The notes under the pieces were generated by a model. That model saw nothing but the letters and a program-made list of their open reading frames with translations, was not told the origin of the DNA and did not search any database. Below, piece by piece: positions 1 through 13,030 of a DNA stretch of 64,000 bases (positions within the stretch are counted from its first letter, which is position 1; each line of letters starts with the position of its first letter). The stretch lies in assembly GCF_009914755.1 (NCBI RefSeq), contig NC_060926.1; one strand, 5' to 3'. Both the position numbers and the translations under genes were made by a program. This DNA comes from the human T2T-CHM13v2.0 reference genome, Homo sapiens.

Positions 1-81
1 CAAACTCCTGACCTCAGGTGATCCACCAGCCTCGGCCTCCCAAAGTGCTGGGATTACAGGCGTGAGCCACCGTGCCCAGCC
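1..81 (-). mobile_element. Alu (partial, window edge)
   Basis: ctcctgacctcaggtgatcc..cccaaagtgctgggattacaggcgtgagccacc. Confidence 0.95.
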
Positions 82-174
82 TGAGAAAAATATGTTTTCT
101 AGCTGCCTGTCTCTGAGCTCTGAAAAAATGCACTCAATATGATATCTGAATTATCACTCTGAGTAATTATATGA

Positions 175-175
175 A

Positions 176-223
<48 letters not shown>

Positions 224-242
224 ATACATAATACATATATAT
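175..242. repeat. (TG)n(TA)n(CA)n microsatellite
   Basis: Direct reading. Confidence 0.95.
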
Positions 243-339
243 AAAATCACAACTGCTGGCTGTTGGATCTTCTAGCAGCTCTCATCATGCGCTCATATCT
301 ACATGTACTCTGTACATCAGAGATGAAAATAAAGTTTTT

Positions 340-649
<310 letters not shown>

Positions 650-782
650 TTAGTTTTGTAGTTGCATTACTGCTGCTGCAGTTTTTTATTTTATGGTGCA
701 TTCACTTCACTCAGCTTCTAAGAGGAATATAGCTTTTGCTCTTACAAAATTAAACTTTACAAACCCATTTGCTGAGTGGGAT

Positions 783-1520
783 TTAAGGCATTTGTCCAGT
801 GGTCTTGATGGATTTTCCGTGATACTTGATCCAACGCTTATTCAAAAAAATCAGATGTAAACGCATGCATAAAAATCCACTTGGGGTTATGAAGGCAATT
901 AAAATGTTTTGACAAACTTTTCTTAGTCCTTGGGGTGATTTTGAAGTGGAATATTCATCCTGGCTGGTAGCTGCTCTCAGAGGCAGCTGGGTAGATGCAG
1001 TTGATGACGGCCTTCTAACTCCAGACCCACAGTACTGCGAGGAGGGGGCACCCTCACTGGACGCCTGGGTCAGGCTAGAGGCATGTGCTGAGCATGAGTG
1101 ATGAAGGCGTGCAGCACCCATGCTCCTCTCTCCTCCTATGTGTGGGGCCTGTGTGAGCAGTAAGGGGCTGCTGGCCCTCAAGAAGGCGTCTTTTTGAAAT
1201 ACTCAGCATTCCTGTAGGACCATGCCCTGGAGCCCAGTCCTTAAGAGGGGGGAAAAAGGAGACTTGGAAGGCCAGCCCTCAGGACACCAATAGGTGCACA
1301 GGCTCAAGCAGCCACAGGTAAAGAAAAACATTCTGTAACACTTTGTTTCTTTGCTCAGGTTAAACTTTGACCTGGACCCGTATAGTTGAGGCCTCTCACA
1401 TCCTTCCTGGTTTCACATTTCTCACTGCTCCTGTGACATCCAGCACTCACTATGTCCCTTCCCATCCCCACCAGCTTCTGTATCCTGCCCAGTGTCCTCA
1501 GAACTCGTCAACTTTCTGAC
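783..1520 (-). pseudogene. Probable terminal pseudo-exon
   Basis: ctaacag|1520 is in the same frame as ORF 1181-783: about 245 codons with only 3 internal TGA stops; AATAAA at 685-690. Confidence 0.55.
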
Positions 1521-1711
1521 CTGTTAGTTTATACAAATTTACATTAATCCTAGGCCAAGAGAGGCTAGGACTGCTTGAGAAATGATAGCCTTGGTGTTTG
1601 CGGAAACTCCATCACCAAGAGGCCCTAGGGAAATGCATCCATGGAAAGGAACGAAATTCCTTACATGGTAGGAGAGATTGTCCATTGGTTGGTCATGTCC
1701 TGGGTCTGTAG

Positions 1712-2165
<454 letters not shown>

Positions 2166-2424
2166 TGAGCTCTGAACTGAGCTGTGTTACTTTCTCCAGC
2201 TCCAGATCTATGCCCTTCAAATCTGACGGTGCACACATCTGAATGTTTTTACCTGGAGTTGCTTGTGATGATAATTTCTATCATTACTGATAACTACACT
2301 CAAACATTTATAAATAAAGCTCATTAAGATATCGAATGGCCTCGCCCAAAGCCTCCTGGTAGCTTATGTTTTATGTAGAAGTTCAGCTTGTTGATTCGGG
2401 TATATGTTACAAATGCATACTCAC

Positions 2425-2909
2425 CTTCATCCTTTATCTGCGTGTCTGTGACTGGCACTGTAATATTTTGTGAATCTTGCTTTTCTGCACTTTTCCCTCT
2501 CTTCTCCAGAAACTTCTCCTGGAAAGGCCCTTTCTGAGCACTCAACCCGTCATTCTTGATGGGCCTGTTTCACATCCTCTTCCCAGCTGTTGTCATGTCT
2601 TTTCCTCCTCCCGTTTCATGCTCACATTGCTCCTGTGACCTGGTGACTCCCTTTAACACCAGGGGTGACAAAGAGCATCCTAAATTCATGGAATGTCTTT
2701 TATCTACGACTTGGGAAGCTGAACTGTCTTGATGAAGCATGACATCCTAGGCAGAATCTCAGGGTAGCATGAACGGCTGTGCTTCTTTATTTTTTCTTCT
2801 AAAGGGTTAAACATTTTCCAAGTTGGCTGCCATCAGCATGGGCTGGTTTATGCTGTGACTTTCTTTTTCTAGGAAGATTAATGCCAGAGCCATTTATCTG
2901 TGACGATAC
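2425..2909 (-). pseudogene. Pseudo-exon (485 nt)
   Basis: Strong acceptor (ttccactttttcatttgtttctcttcaaag|) and consensus donor AAG|GTGAGT; VSSQINGSGINLPRKRKSQH..KGPFQEKFLEKRGKSAEKQDSQ with two inferred frameshifts and one TGA. Confidence 0.65.
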
Positions 2910-3230
2910 CTTTGAAGAGAAACAAATGAAAAAGTGGAATTTCAGTCCAATCTAGTCTAACGAATTCAATCTGTTGCAGAAATAACATGGGGAAGCAAGG
3001 GAATGAACACTTGCTGGGCAGACGCATCAATCATCTGAATCGTGCCACTGAGCCGGACTATAACTATAGCAAGAACGAATCTAACTATAGTCTTATTAGG
3101 TGAAAGACTGGATTCTATTTATCTTTTTATGTAGAGCCAACTCAAAAGCTTGCAAGACTCAAGCACCTTTTCTGTTCTCTCTCGGGCTTTGAAAAACTGT
3201 TCCCATTATCAATTCAGTATACCCTTAAGG

Positions 3231-3442
3231 CAAATTTGTCCAACCCGTGACCGTTTGGCCCAGGATGGCTTTGAATGCAGCCCAACACAAACTCGTAATT
3301 TTTCTTAAAGCATTACGAGAGTTTTTTGCGATATTTTTAAGCTCCTCAGCTATCATTAGTGTTAGTGTATTTTACGTGCGGCCCAAGACAATTCTTCTTC
3401 TTCCAGTGTGGCCAAAGGAAGCCAAAAGATTGGATACCCCTG
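3231..3442 (-). mobile_element. MER30 (hAT-Charlie)
   Basis: ..ggaagccaaaagattggatacccctg terminus; near-identical 8-bp TSD ccttaagg/ctttaagg. Confidence 0.85.
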
Positions 3443-3726
3443 CTTTAAGGTAAGAATTTGGGTTGCCAGTTGGTTGGTACGATTATTCAACTGGCATCCA
3501 TAATGGTTTCTGGAACACAGAAGATGCACAATGTATTAGCTCCATTCTTCCTTCCCTTGCTTTCTTGCCCTCTGAGGCCAGAAATCCCAAGAGGTAGTGG
3601 CGGTCACACCTGGACCAGAGCTCTGAAGAGATGGGTTCTCACCTGAGCTCTGGCTCTCACTGCAGGAATGATCTTATGCAAGGTGTCTTTCCCCCATTCT
3701 TTTGTGCAATTGGGATCTGCATAAGT

Positions 3727-3933
3727 CAGTGGTTCTCAAAGGGGGCAATTTTGTCCTTCTGGGGAAAATGGCTGGAGATATTTTCAGTGTTCACAACTGT
3801 ATGCGGGGAGAGTGTCCTACTGACATTTAATGAGCAGAGACCAGGGAAATTGCTGAACATCCTACAGGGCACAAGACAGCCCTACAACGGAGGGCTCTCC
3901 AGCCCCCAGTGTCAATAGTGCTGAGGAACCCTG
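3727..3933 (+). mobile_element. MER20
   Basis: cagtggttctcaaagggggcaattttgtcc..gtcaatagtgctgagg. Confidence 0.8.
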
Positions 3934-3968
3934 GTGTGACAGTAAACGATCACCACTGGAATCATTTA

Positions 3969-4297
3969 CAGTCATGCACTGACTAATGACGTGGATACAT
4001 TCTCAGAAATGCAATTTTGTCATTCTGTGGACATCACAGAGTGAACTTACAAAGACCTAGATGGTATAGTCTACTACACACCTCAGCTGTACAGGCTGTA
4101 CTCTGTCCTATTGCTCCGAGGCACAAACGTTTACAGCATGTGACCGTACTGAGTACTATAGGCAATTATAACACAATGGTAAGAATTTGTGTATTTAAAC
4201 CTAACTAAGCCTAGAAAAGGTACAGTAAAAATATGACATTATAATCTTATTTGACCATGGTCCTATATGCAGTTCATTGTTACGTGGCACATTACTA
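3969..4297 (-). mobile_element. Tigger3 (MER7-type)
   Basis: ta-cagtcatgc terminus; gaaaaggtacagtaaaaatat..ataatcttat. Confidence 0.8.
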
Positions 4298-4319
4298 TAC
4301 TACAAAGGGAAGGTGTGGA

Positions 4320-4700
4320 CTCCTATTATGTAGCAGGTGCTGTACTAGATATTTAAATCTTACTTGATTTGATTTTCACAAAACTCTGCAAGTGTGGATA
4401 TTAGTGTTCCCATTTTATAGATGAGGCACCTGAAGCTCAGAGAGACTAAGCAGTAGTCATATCACTAGCATGAGTTGCAGTCGAACTTGGAGCTGTTTTC
4501 ATTAATTTGATGATAAAGACTTTGAAGCATGCATGTGTTTGGTGGTGCTTATAGAATCATAGACCTCCAGAACCAGAAGGTATCTTGAAAGTAGTTGGTT
4601 AGTCAGATGTCCTTGTTTTACAGATGGAGAAACTGAAGCAAAGAGGTTTACTCTATAACAGAGCAAGAGCCAGAGTCTGGCCTGGAGCCCATGGCTCAGC
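4320..4700 (-). mobile_element. Two MIR fragments
   Basis: cccattttatagatgagg..gaagctcagagag and ttttacagatggagaaactgaag cores. Confidence 0.7.
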
Positions 4701-4789
4701 TAGGAGAGGGACCAAGCCTTCTAACCAGTGCTCTCTGGGGTGTGTCTGCCTGTAAGAAGACATGGAGTGGGAACACTTGTTTCTCCTAG

Positions 4790-5550
4790 CAGGCCTGAAT
4801 TGCCTCTTTATTGCTAGCCAGGCAAATTCCCACTGTAACAGGCCATGGCTGGGTTTCTGGAGGTGGTGGACAGGTTTTCACTTTGGAGCCCTCTAAACAG
4901 GTAGTCTTGGCTTTGCAGGTGTTCTTGGACAAGGCTCACACATGCTGCAGGAGAGTGCCTCTGCTGGTTCAGATGCTGTCCCTTAGGACACATCCTTGGC
5001 TCTTCCCTACCTCTATCCTTTCGCCTGCTTTCTCACTCCCCACCTTGCATCCCTCTCTATGCCCTCCAACTCTGACTTGCAAAATAGACCAAGGAGACAG
5101 GTTAGGAAGAACTTCTGGGAGCAACACGGAAAAAAGTACGTTTTTGGAATCTGGGTCACTATCGTAATCTGCTGCAGATAATGAGCAGTGAATGTGTGTT
5201 TGATGAGATGGGACTTCTTCCCCTTAGGTCTGAAGGAACTCATTTGGAGAACAGGCATGCAGATGCCCTGAGAGCTCGGTGCCACACGATGGACACACAA
5301 ATGGAGATGTGGCTTCCACATGCTGTGTTCCCACACCTCTCATATTTCAGACGCAGTGCTTTGCCCTTCATCCATTAACTCGCATTCTTTTTCTCTTCTG
5401 TCTCCCTCCATTTGGGATGATCAAAATTTTATTTCTGGATGAGTTCCTTTTTGCCCACTCTAAGAGTTAAATACCTTTGCTGACACTGAATTTGGAAACA
5501 CAGACTTAGGGAAATTTTTCAGAAAGACTGCTTTAAGAGTAATTTTTTTT
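4790..5550 (-). pseudogene. Large pseudo-exon remnant
   Basis: Long, mostly single frame: ..FVCPSCGTELSGHLHAC..LSAADYDSDPDSKNVLFSVLLPEVLPNLSPWSILQ..; boundaries approximate. Confidence 0.5.
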
Positions 5551-6229
5551 CCCAACAGACAACACAGAAGTAGAATTTTATTTACTTGCTTTTGCTATTA
5601 GCCATTTATATCATATCATAACTTATGAATAAGACATTAAGATGAGCATTGTAAACGAATGCTACCAATTGCATAAGAGAGAATCCATTCATTTTTGCTA
5701 GCTTGTATTGTTTTCTGTGTTTCCACCATACAATTAGATGTAAAATAGAAATACAATTCTATTGCATTAAAGAGTAATACTTGTTTATATGTTACTATGT
5801 GATAGGCATATAATTAAAGCTTAAAAAATTTTTGCTGAATTAAATTGAATGTAATAAGGAACATTTGAAAAACACAGAAAAATAAAATTTTTAAAAATAT
5901 AAAGTTTTCCATCCCTATTAAATAACCAATATAAACATTTTGGTGTATATCCTTTAACTCTTGTCCCTACGTGTGTATCTGTATCCATATCTCTAACTCT
6001 ATCTGTAGCTCTATCATCTCTACACGAACACACACACACACACACACACACACACCAACACTTACAAGATTAACAAATGTGGTATCATAGTTTATAAAAT
6101 GTGTAGTATTATAACATTTATAAATGTTGTAGTATAGTGTAGGAGCTCTACATGAGATAATGCATGGTTTATTTTGTATGATTCATGTTGCATCCTGAGA
6201 ATCTCATCCTTAGCTCAAACCATGGGATT

Positions 6230-6405
6230 AGAAGTTAGACAAATCTGGATATGATATTGAATAAGTTTTTTGACTTCTTTGTATCTGTTTCTTTATTCCT
6301 ATAAAAATGGGAATAATAATACTCACCACACATTTTTGTGAAGATTAAATGAGATAATGAAAAGGCATGAAAAGCCCTTAGCACAGTGTGTGGAACTTAG
6401 AAGTT
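6230..6405 (+). mobile_element. MIR
   Basis: aaaatgggaataataatac..gtgaagattaaatgagataat..cttagcacagtg. Confidence 0.75.
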
Positions 6406-6704
6406 TTTCCGTATTATTAAAAGGTCACTGATGCACTTCCATGTATATATATCTTCAGCCTCATCTCTTTATGTTTTATAAGCATTGATTCCTGGAAGTA
6501 GAATTGTTGAATCAAAGGAGATAATATTTTCCCCAGAGAACTCAAGAGGGAGAAGAGGGAGCAAACTGGAAAAGTCCTAAATGCCAGGGAGGAGGGGGTG
6601 AAGTTGGCAGGATAGATGAGAAGCTGATGTTAAGTCCAAGGCCTTTAAAAAGATATCAAAAAGATGGATTTTGGAATGGGGTGGGGTGAAGGTGAAATCT
6701 GTGA

Positions 6705-7043
<339 letters not shown>

Positions 7044-7089
7044 CAATTTTCTCTTTTCTAAAGTTAAATAAACAAGTTAGTTTATTTTA

Positions 7090-7480
7090 TAAATCGTGTT
7101 GCCTCCTGAGAATCCCATCCTTAGCTCAAACCATGTTCTTTTCACTTCCCAATGATGAAGGTAACGAGAGAGCATTGAGTATTCTCCCCTTTTCCAGGAC
7201 CCCCTATGTAAAAACTTGGTGTTCTGAGAAGGTTAATTTGTCACTGAGAAGGGGTTCACCGACTATTCTTTAATTCAGCTTTTAACAAGAGAGTGTCATT
7301 TTCATGAAAACAAAAGCATCCCTGCTGCTGATGGAAGCTTTCCATCTTGTGTTTATGCTGATGGTTGTCCCCACCCACCTGGCCTAGTTATTTCACACTC
7401 AGATAAACTATGCAAGCATTCGGGATGGGCTGCAAGGTAGTGCCCGCTCCTTTTTATTTGCTGCCATGGCTGGTCAATTG
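7090..7480 (-). pseudogene. Possible pseudo-exon remnant
   Basis: Unique coding-like fragments (IVGEPLLSDKLTFSEHQVFT*GVLEKGRILNALSLPSSLGSEK) with several frameshifts; splice sites not identified. Confidence 0.3.
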
Positions 7481-7566
7481 GGAGCAGAGTAGATGGTCTG
7501 TGGTCCCAATTGTGGTGGTCTGTGCCCTGTTAGGATGTTAGGATGGTCTGTGGTCCCAATTGTGGT

Positions 7567-8022
7567 GGTCTGTGCCCTGTTAGGAACCAGGCCACACAGC
7601 AGTAGTTGAGTGTCAGGTGAGCAAGGAAAGCTTCATCTGTATTTATAGCTGCTCCCATGGCTCACATTATCACCTGAGCTCTGCCTCCTGCCAGATCAGC
7701 AGTGGCATCAGATTCTCACAGGGGCACAAACCCTATTGTGAACTGCAAACAGGAGGGATCTAGGTTGCGCGCTCCTTATGAGAATCTAATGCCTGATGAT
7801 CTGTCATTGTCTCGCATCACCCCCACATAATATCATCAGTTGCAGGAAAACAAGCTCAGGGCTCCCATTGATTCTGATTCCACATTATGGTGAGTTGTAT
7901 AATTATTTCATTATATATCACAATGTAATAATAATAGAAATAAAGTACACAATGAAAGTAGTGCACTGGAATCATCCTGAAACCATTTTCTAGCCCTGGT
8001 CCGTGGAAAAATTGTCTTCCAC
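7567..8022 (+). mobile_element. MER1A (both termini missing)
   Basis: Matches the MER1A interior from ggtctgtg..ctgttaggaacc to ggaaaaattgtcttccac. Confidence 0.85.
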
Positions 8023-8389
8023 TGACAACTCCCTCCACCTCCATGCCCCCATTTGACAGGTGAGAAACCCAGGTGCAGTGTGATTTGCTGAAGGTGAGTC
8101 TATTCCTGGCAGAGTTGGAATGGTGACTCAGGTGACCTTCACAAAAACTACCTGGGTTTATCCCAGTTGCAGACTTTTTTCCCTAAGTCCTTTTGGAAAA
8201 TGTGCTTGGTAGCCCGGTGCTTAGATTTTTTTTCTGTAACAACTTGCATAACTGTGGTATTATGGGATTTTGTGGGAAGTTCTAGATTAGTGCCTGGCAC
8301 CTAGGGTGCACTCAGTGTTAATTAGGTTTATTATTACAGCAGCGGTTTTCAATTTTTTGATTTATTGATTTGTTCATTATTTATTTTTC

Positions 8390-8675
8390 ATTTTTTATTT
8401 ATTTCAATTGTTGCTCCAACTGTGGGACCAACCTACTCATCAACATTTTTTTTTGGAACGAAGGCCCAATGTCTACACAGAGTAAAGGTGGATGTGACTG
8501 GAATCCTTGCTGCCAGAGCATCTGCCTCTTCCTCCTCCTCCTCCTCCTCCTCCTCTCACAGCCCTGATGAGGCCTGGCTGTGTCAGAGAATGTGACTTGG
8601 GCCTACTGGCTTGATTTTAAACTGCCGTTTGTGTGTGATGCCTACCTCTGGGACTTCACCTCTATCCAAGTGATC
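8390..8675 (-). pseudogene. Pseudo-exon with poly-Glu
   Basis: aaacag|8675, phase 0: DHLDRGEVPEVG..*EEEEEEEEEEADALAARIP..; the (GAG)n tract is in the Glu frame. The 3' end is unclear. Confidence 0.5.
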
Positions 8676-8719
8676 CTGTTTATTAAAGATAGCATGGAGT
8701 GGAACGGAACTGGCCTAAA

Positions 8720-9030
8720 GTTGTGGTTTGCAAATGTGGCTGCCCATTGGGATCTCCTGGATGGTGTAGAATATGTCCCGGTCCCACCTCTGGAGGTTCT
8801 GATGTGACTGGTCTTAGGTGCACCCTGGGCACTTGGATTTTTTAAAGCTCCCAGGTGTTTGTAAAGTACAGCCAGTGTTCAGAATTACTGGCTTTGATCA
8901 ATAATTTTCTACCTCAGCTGTACACTGAGATCACCTGGGATCTTAAAAAATAAGTGCATGACTACCTGAATCCTACCAAGGGAGATTCAGATTCAAAAGG
9001 CATACAGTTGTGCAGGGGACCCAGGGCCTC
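8720..9030. mobile_element. MER5-family elements (two)
   Basis: aaagctcccaggtg..cagccagtgttcagaattactg; gatcacctgggatcttaaaaaat. Confidence 0.65.
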
Positions 9031-9198
9031 CTTCCTCCCTTTGTTCATCCGTTCCTTCCTTCCATTTCTTTTTTTTTCCTTCCTTCCTTCCTTCTCTTCC
9101 TTTCGTTTCCTTCCTTCTTCCTTCCTTCTTTCCTTCCTTCCTCCTTCCTGCCTTCCTTTCCCTTCCCTTCCCTTCCCTTCTCTTTCTTCCTTCCTTCC
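9030..9198. repeat. CT-rich (CCTT)n tract
   Basis: Direct reading; continues after the LTR at 9779-9810. Confidence 0.9.
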
Positions 9199-9778
9199 GA
9201 AGTAAAGTAGAAGTTCCTCTTCAAAGACTTTCCTCCCCAATTAGGAATAAATAGTAACTTCTTTTAGAAGCAAAATTTATTCAAAGACCTGTGCTAACAT
9301 TATTAAATATCTGCTAGCCACAATAAAGAAATCAATGTACTTTATGTTCTTGGCTCCCACAGTTTAGCCTAAATATTTGTCCTGGCATGCTTATACTGGT
9401 CCAAGCAAGCATTAGGTCATAGCCTGTTCCTCTTCCTTATTTGTAGATGTTTTTACCTTTCTCAGCATTCCACAAGTTACTTCCTCCTTCCTTTGTTCTC
9501 CTCTGCCTTTGCCTCTTTTAAAAAGTTCTAAGTTGCTAGCCAATCGGGACAAATACAGAATGTGAAGTCCCATTCTAGCCAGTGGAAACTGGATACAGCA
9601 GTAGAGTGGACGCGTCAGGTTATAAATGACCCTGTCTCCTTTGTTCGATGTACTGTCATGGCTAAACTGCTGGCGAGTGTAGCCTTTCTGCAGAAAGTAA
9701 AAATGGCCTTGCTGAGGAAATTAAACTTATGTTCAAGGGCTACTTCTTTATGGCACCAGGGAACAAGCATTTCTAACA
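9199..9778 (+). mobile_element. Solo LTR10-family LTR (LTR10C-like)
   Basis: aagtaaagtagaagttcctcttcaaagactttcc..tataaa..caagcatttctaaca; cttcc on both flanks. Subfamily from recall. Confidence 0.75.
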
Positions 9779-9819
9779 CTTCCCTCCCTCCCTCCCTCCC
9801 TCTTTTTTCCCAGGTGATT

Positions 9820-10130
9820 ATACCCTGGGGCATGCATTGGAACACTTGGTGGGCTTGTCAAAACACAGATGCTGGGGCCCCTTGTCAAGAGTCCTTGATT
9901 CACCGCTGAACCCAGGAGGTGGAGGTTGCAGTGAGTTGAGATCACACCACTGCACTCCAGCCTGGGTGACAGAGTGAGACTCCATCTCAAAAAAAAAAAA
10001 TTAAAATTAAAATTAAAAAAGAGTCCTTGATTCAGTAGGTCTGGGGTAGGGCTTAAGAATTTTAATCTCGCCAAGTTCCCAGGTGAGGCTGCAAGTGCTG
10101 ACTGGGGCCCCATTTTGAGGACCCTGGGAT
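9820..10130. mobile_element. MER5A containing a 5'-truncated Alu (9907-10018, plus strand)
   Basis: The Alu right-arm end is flanked by the 16-bp TSD aagagtccttgattca. Confidence 0.85.
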
Positions 10131-10176
10131 GGAAGATGAATGCGGTTTGAGAGGGAGTGAGGGGGTGCATCCTAAC

Positions 10177-10479
10177 CTTCCTTAGGACTTGCTCCTGGCA
10201 TCAAGGGTGCCAAGGAGGGATGCCATCCTCCTGTTCCTCCACCACATGCCTCCTTGGGTCACAGCACTCTAACCTGTATGGCTTGGGACCAGGTGTCATT
10301 TCCAGTGATCTCACCAACTCTGATGGAAAACCTAGTACAGATCCTTCAGGCTGATTCTCCTCTGGGAAAATGTATTGTAGAGATCAACTTTAGCTTATCC
10401 TTGGCATAGATCTAGCTCCAGCCAAAAATGCTTTCCCAACAATGGCAGTGTTTCCGGGTGTCAGCAGGGATATGTTTGC
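10177..10479 (-). pseudogene. Pseudo-exon (303 nt, phase 0-0)
   Basis: tctctaaacttcccaag| to AAG|GTTAGG; 101 codons with 3 stops (..IFPEENQPEGSVLGFPSELVRSLEMTP..). Confidence 0.6.
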
Positions 10480-10923
10480 CTTGGGAAGTTTAGAGAAAGG
10501 TCAGAGTAGTCAGTGGTCAGAAAAGTAAGCCCAGATACTACAGGCTCACAGGGGCAGGCAGGCTACCAGAGCAGGGCCCAGCAGCAGACAGAAAGGGGGA
10601 ACCATAGAAGACAGGTAGCTTTCAGCAGGTGGACGGTGTGAAAAGAAGACAGAGCAGACACCCAACGTGTGCCAGGGAGGACTTGGGCTACTTCGGAATC
10701 CAGTCACACAGGAACGTGAGCAGCTTGACTTGGGGATAAGACAGAGACAAAGGAACAAGGACATGAGGCAGGGGCTCTGTTATTGAAAATCTGGCCCACA
10801 GAGGGTGGGAGCAGGATCAGCATCCACATCTCAGAGCCAGGGACGGGGTGGAGAGCACAGAGTTCAGGGTTTGGCCGGGCATCCTCTAAGCACCTGCCAG
10901 TTATCATGCACATTCATGAGTAC

Positions 10924-11282
10924 CTTGTGTGCACGATGTGAGCATATGTGGTGTGTGCGTTCTGGCAGCCTGCTGGCTGTGGTTCTGTGGAAACAGTATG
11001 CCCTGCACTTCTGCAGTGAGCAGCTGTTGGCACACTCTGGCAGCCCGTCAATCCAGGCAGCCTGAACGATGACACAGGTCCCTCCCATTCACACCACCCC
11101 AGCTGCCAGCACAGGAGAGATTTACGAGTGCCCAATGCTGGCACCATTTGCAGGTCCCATTTGCTTTTAAGAGGCCTTGTTAGTAACCGCCCCTCCCAAT
11201 GTGCCATTATAGACGTGCCCACTGGACTAAGGTTGTCTTCAGAAGGGCCCTGTCATGATACCAGTTTCCCATGGTGTTTGTT
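10924..11282 (-). pseudogene. Pseudo-exon
   Basis: gctgacttccccactgccacag|11282, phase 0, in frame with ORF 11222-10914 (about 120 codons, 1 internal stop); weak donor AAG|GTACTC. Confidence 0.55.
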
Positions 11283-11474
11283 CTGTGGCAGTGGGGAAGT
11301 CAGCACACATAGAAAGCATCATGGAAAAGGAAATAGTTGAAATGGTTCTTCCAGGATGAGAGGTTTTTCTGCTGACAATGAACATTCGCTATATTAGCAC
11401 AGTTTGGTTCATCAGTGTTTTGACACCTTGAGCTTGCCATTTGGACGAGATCGCATTTGTCTGTGTTTCTAAAT

Positions 11475-11688
11475 CAGTGGATCTCAACAGGGGACAATTT
11501 TCTCTCAGGGCTATTTGGCAATGTCTGGAGACACTTTATTATTATCATAACTTGGCAGCAGAAGCGTACTACTGGCATCCAGTGGGTAGAGGCAAGAGAT
11601 GCAGCTAAACATCTTGCCAGTGCCCAGCACAGCTCTTGTAGCAAAGAATTATCCAACCCAAATGTTAATAGAGGATGAGAAATTCTGT
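11475..11688 (+). mobile_element. MER20
   Basis: atttggcaatgtctggagaca..ctactggcatccagtgggtagagg. Confidence 0.85.
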
Positions 11689-11854
11689 TCTAAACAGAGA
11701 GAATCTTACATATGTCAGGTTAGTAACAGAGAATCTTACATTTGATTTCTGATGGGTTCTCAGTGCAGACTTGTGTTGTGTTTTTAAACTGTTATCTGTT
11801 TTGAGTCTATAACACGGCTTACCAAGTACAACTGTGTCCTACTCAATAAGCTGA

Positions 11855-12077
11855 AGGAGTTGGCAGACTATGGCCGGTGGGCCAAATCCGGCCTGCCAAG
11901 TGCTTTTGTAAACAAAGTTTTCTTGGAACAGAATCATGCACATTGCTCTATGTCTTGTTGATGGCTGTTTTTATGCTGCAACCTCAGAGTTGAATAGTTG
12001 CAACAGAAACCATATGGCTAGCAAAGCCTAAAGTATTTTCTACCTAAACCTTTGTAGAAAAAATGTACTGACCCCTG
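11855..12077 (+). mobile_element. MER58A
   Basis: tgggccaaatccggcctgcc..gcaaagcctaaa..tgacccctg. Confidence 0.85.
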
Positions 12078-12309
12078 GGTAAAGGGATATGTTAAATCGC
12101 TTTCTTTTGGTCAAAACACAGCCATGAAGGAATAATCTTTGACTATAGCTCTAAGCACAAGTCTGCAATCTTTTGTAAGATTACTTTTTATGTTCTTCAA
12201 AATCACTTTCTAGTCTCTCTGACCTTCTTTTGACTTATTTGGAAAAGAAGGCTTGGATGTTCTTTCTTCCTTAGGTCGGGGGATTAATGTAACCCAAGAC
12301 CTCTCTTAC

Positions 12310-12708
12310 CAGCTTTCCCCAGCTCAGCACTGCACCCAGCCGAACGGGAAGGAACAGGCACAGGAGAGCATTAATCACTGGGATGAACTGGGGAACTGGC
12401 TCCTCAGAACTTGTTAGCTGAAAATTGCTGGTCTTGTCAGCCTCAACTTGTTAGCTGAAAATTGCTGTACTCGTCAGCCCCAAAAGGTGGCTCTGCACGT
12501 TAGAGTATGAGTTTCAGCCACACAGACCCAGCTATGCCTGTTGGGCTTCCAGGCATCTTAGGGCCTGTAATTAATTGGGTGCTATGTAGGATGTGGATCT
12601 GTTTTGGGGCAAGCATCAATTTGGGAAATGGATGGGTCTATCTTTGTAGAGACAGCTTCAATTTTACAGTTTCATTGGGAGTGACATCTGGACCCAATTT
12701 TTCAAGGT
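12310..12708 (-). pseudogene. Pseudo-exon with an internal 37-bp duplication
   Basis: Donor CTG|GTAAGA; the frame reaches the donor in phase 0 once one copy of the 12408-12481 duplication is removed. The acceptor is uncertain. Confidence 0.55.
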
Positions 12709-13030
12709 CTTTCAAGTCAAACCCATGTGAGGAGCTTATTCACTCACTCATGAATTAATTTTAAAAGTACTTAGTGCAGAGACAAAGTAAAAAGGAGCTC
12801 ACAGGCCAGTATGGGAGGAGACAGGTAATATTCACAGAGTGGTCATTCAGTTGGTGACCACAGTGGGGCATAGTGGGCAAAGGAAAGAGACGCTGAGGCA
12901 CTGAAGGGGTCTGGGAGGATGGGGAAGGCTGTGGCAGATGCCAGGAAGGTCTGTAAAAGTCTGAAAGGAGACTTTAATGAGAAGGAGAGGAGTGGCGCCC
13001 AGAAGCCTGGCCTCTTCTGCAGTCACCTAC

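Noticed and set aside
8954-9240. Low-complexity ORFs (PSFL/EGRK repeats; also at 16063-16395, 20334-20758, 31005-31489 and 47611-48039)
   Set aside because: Produced by simple repeats that lack stop codons.
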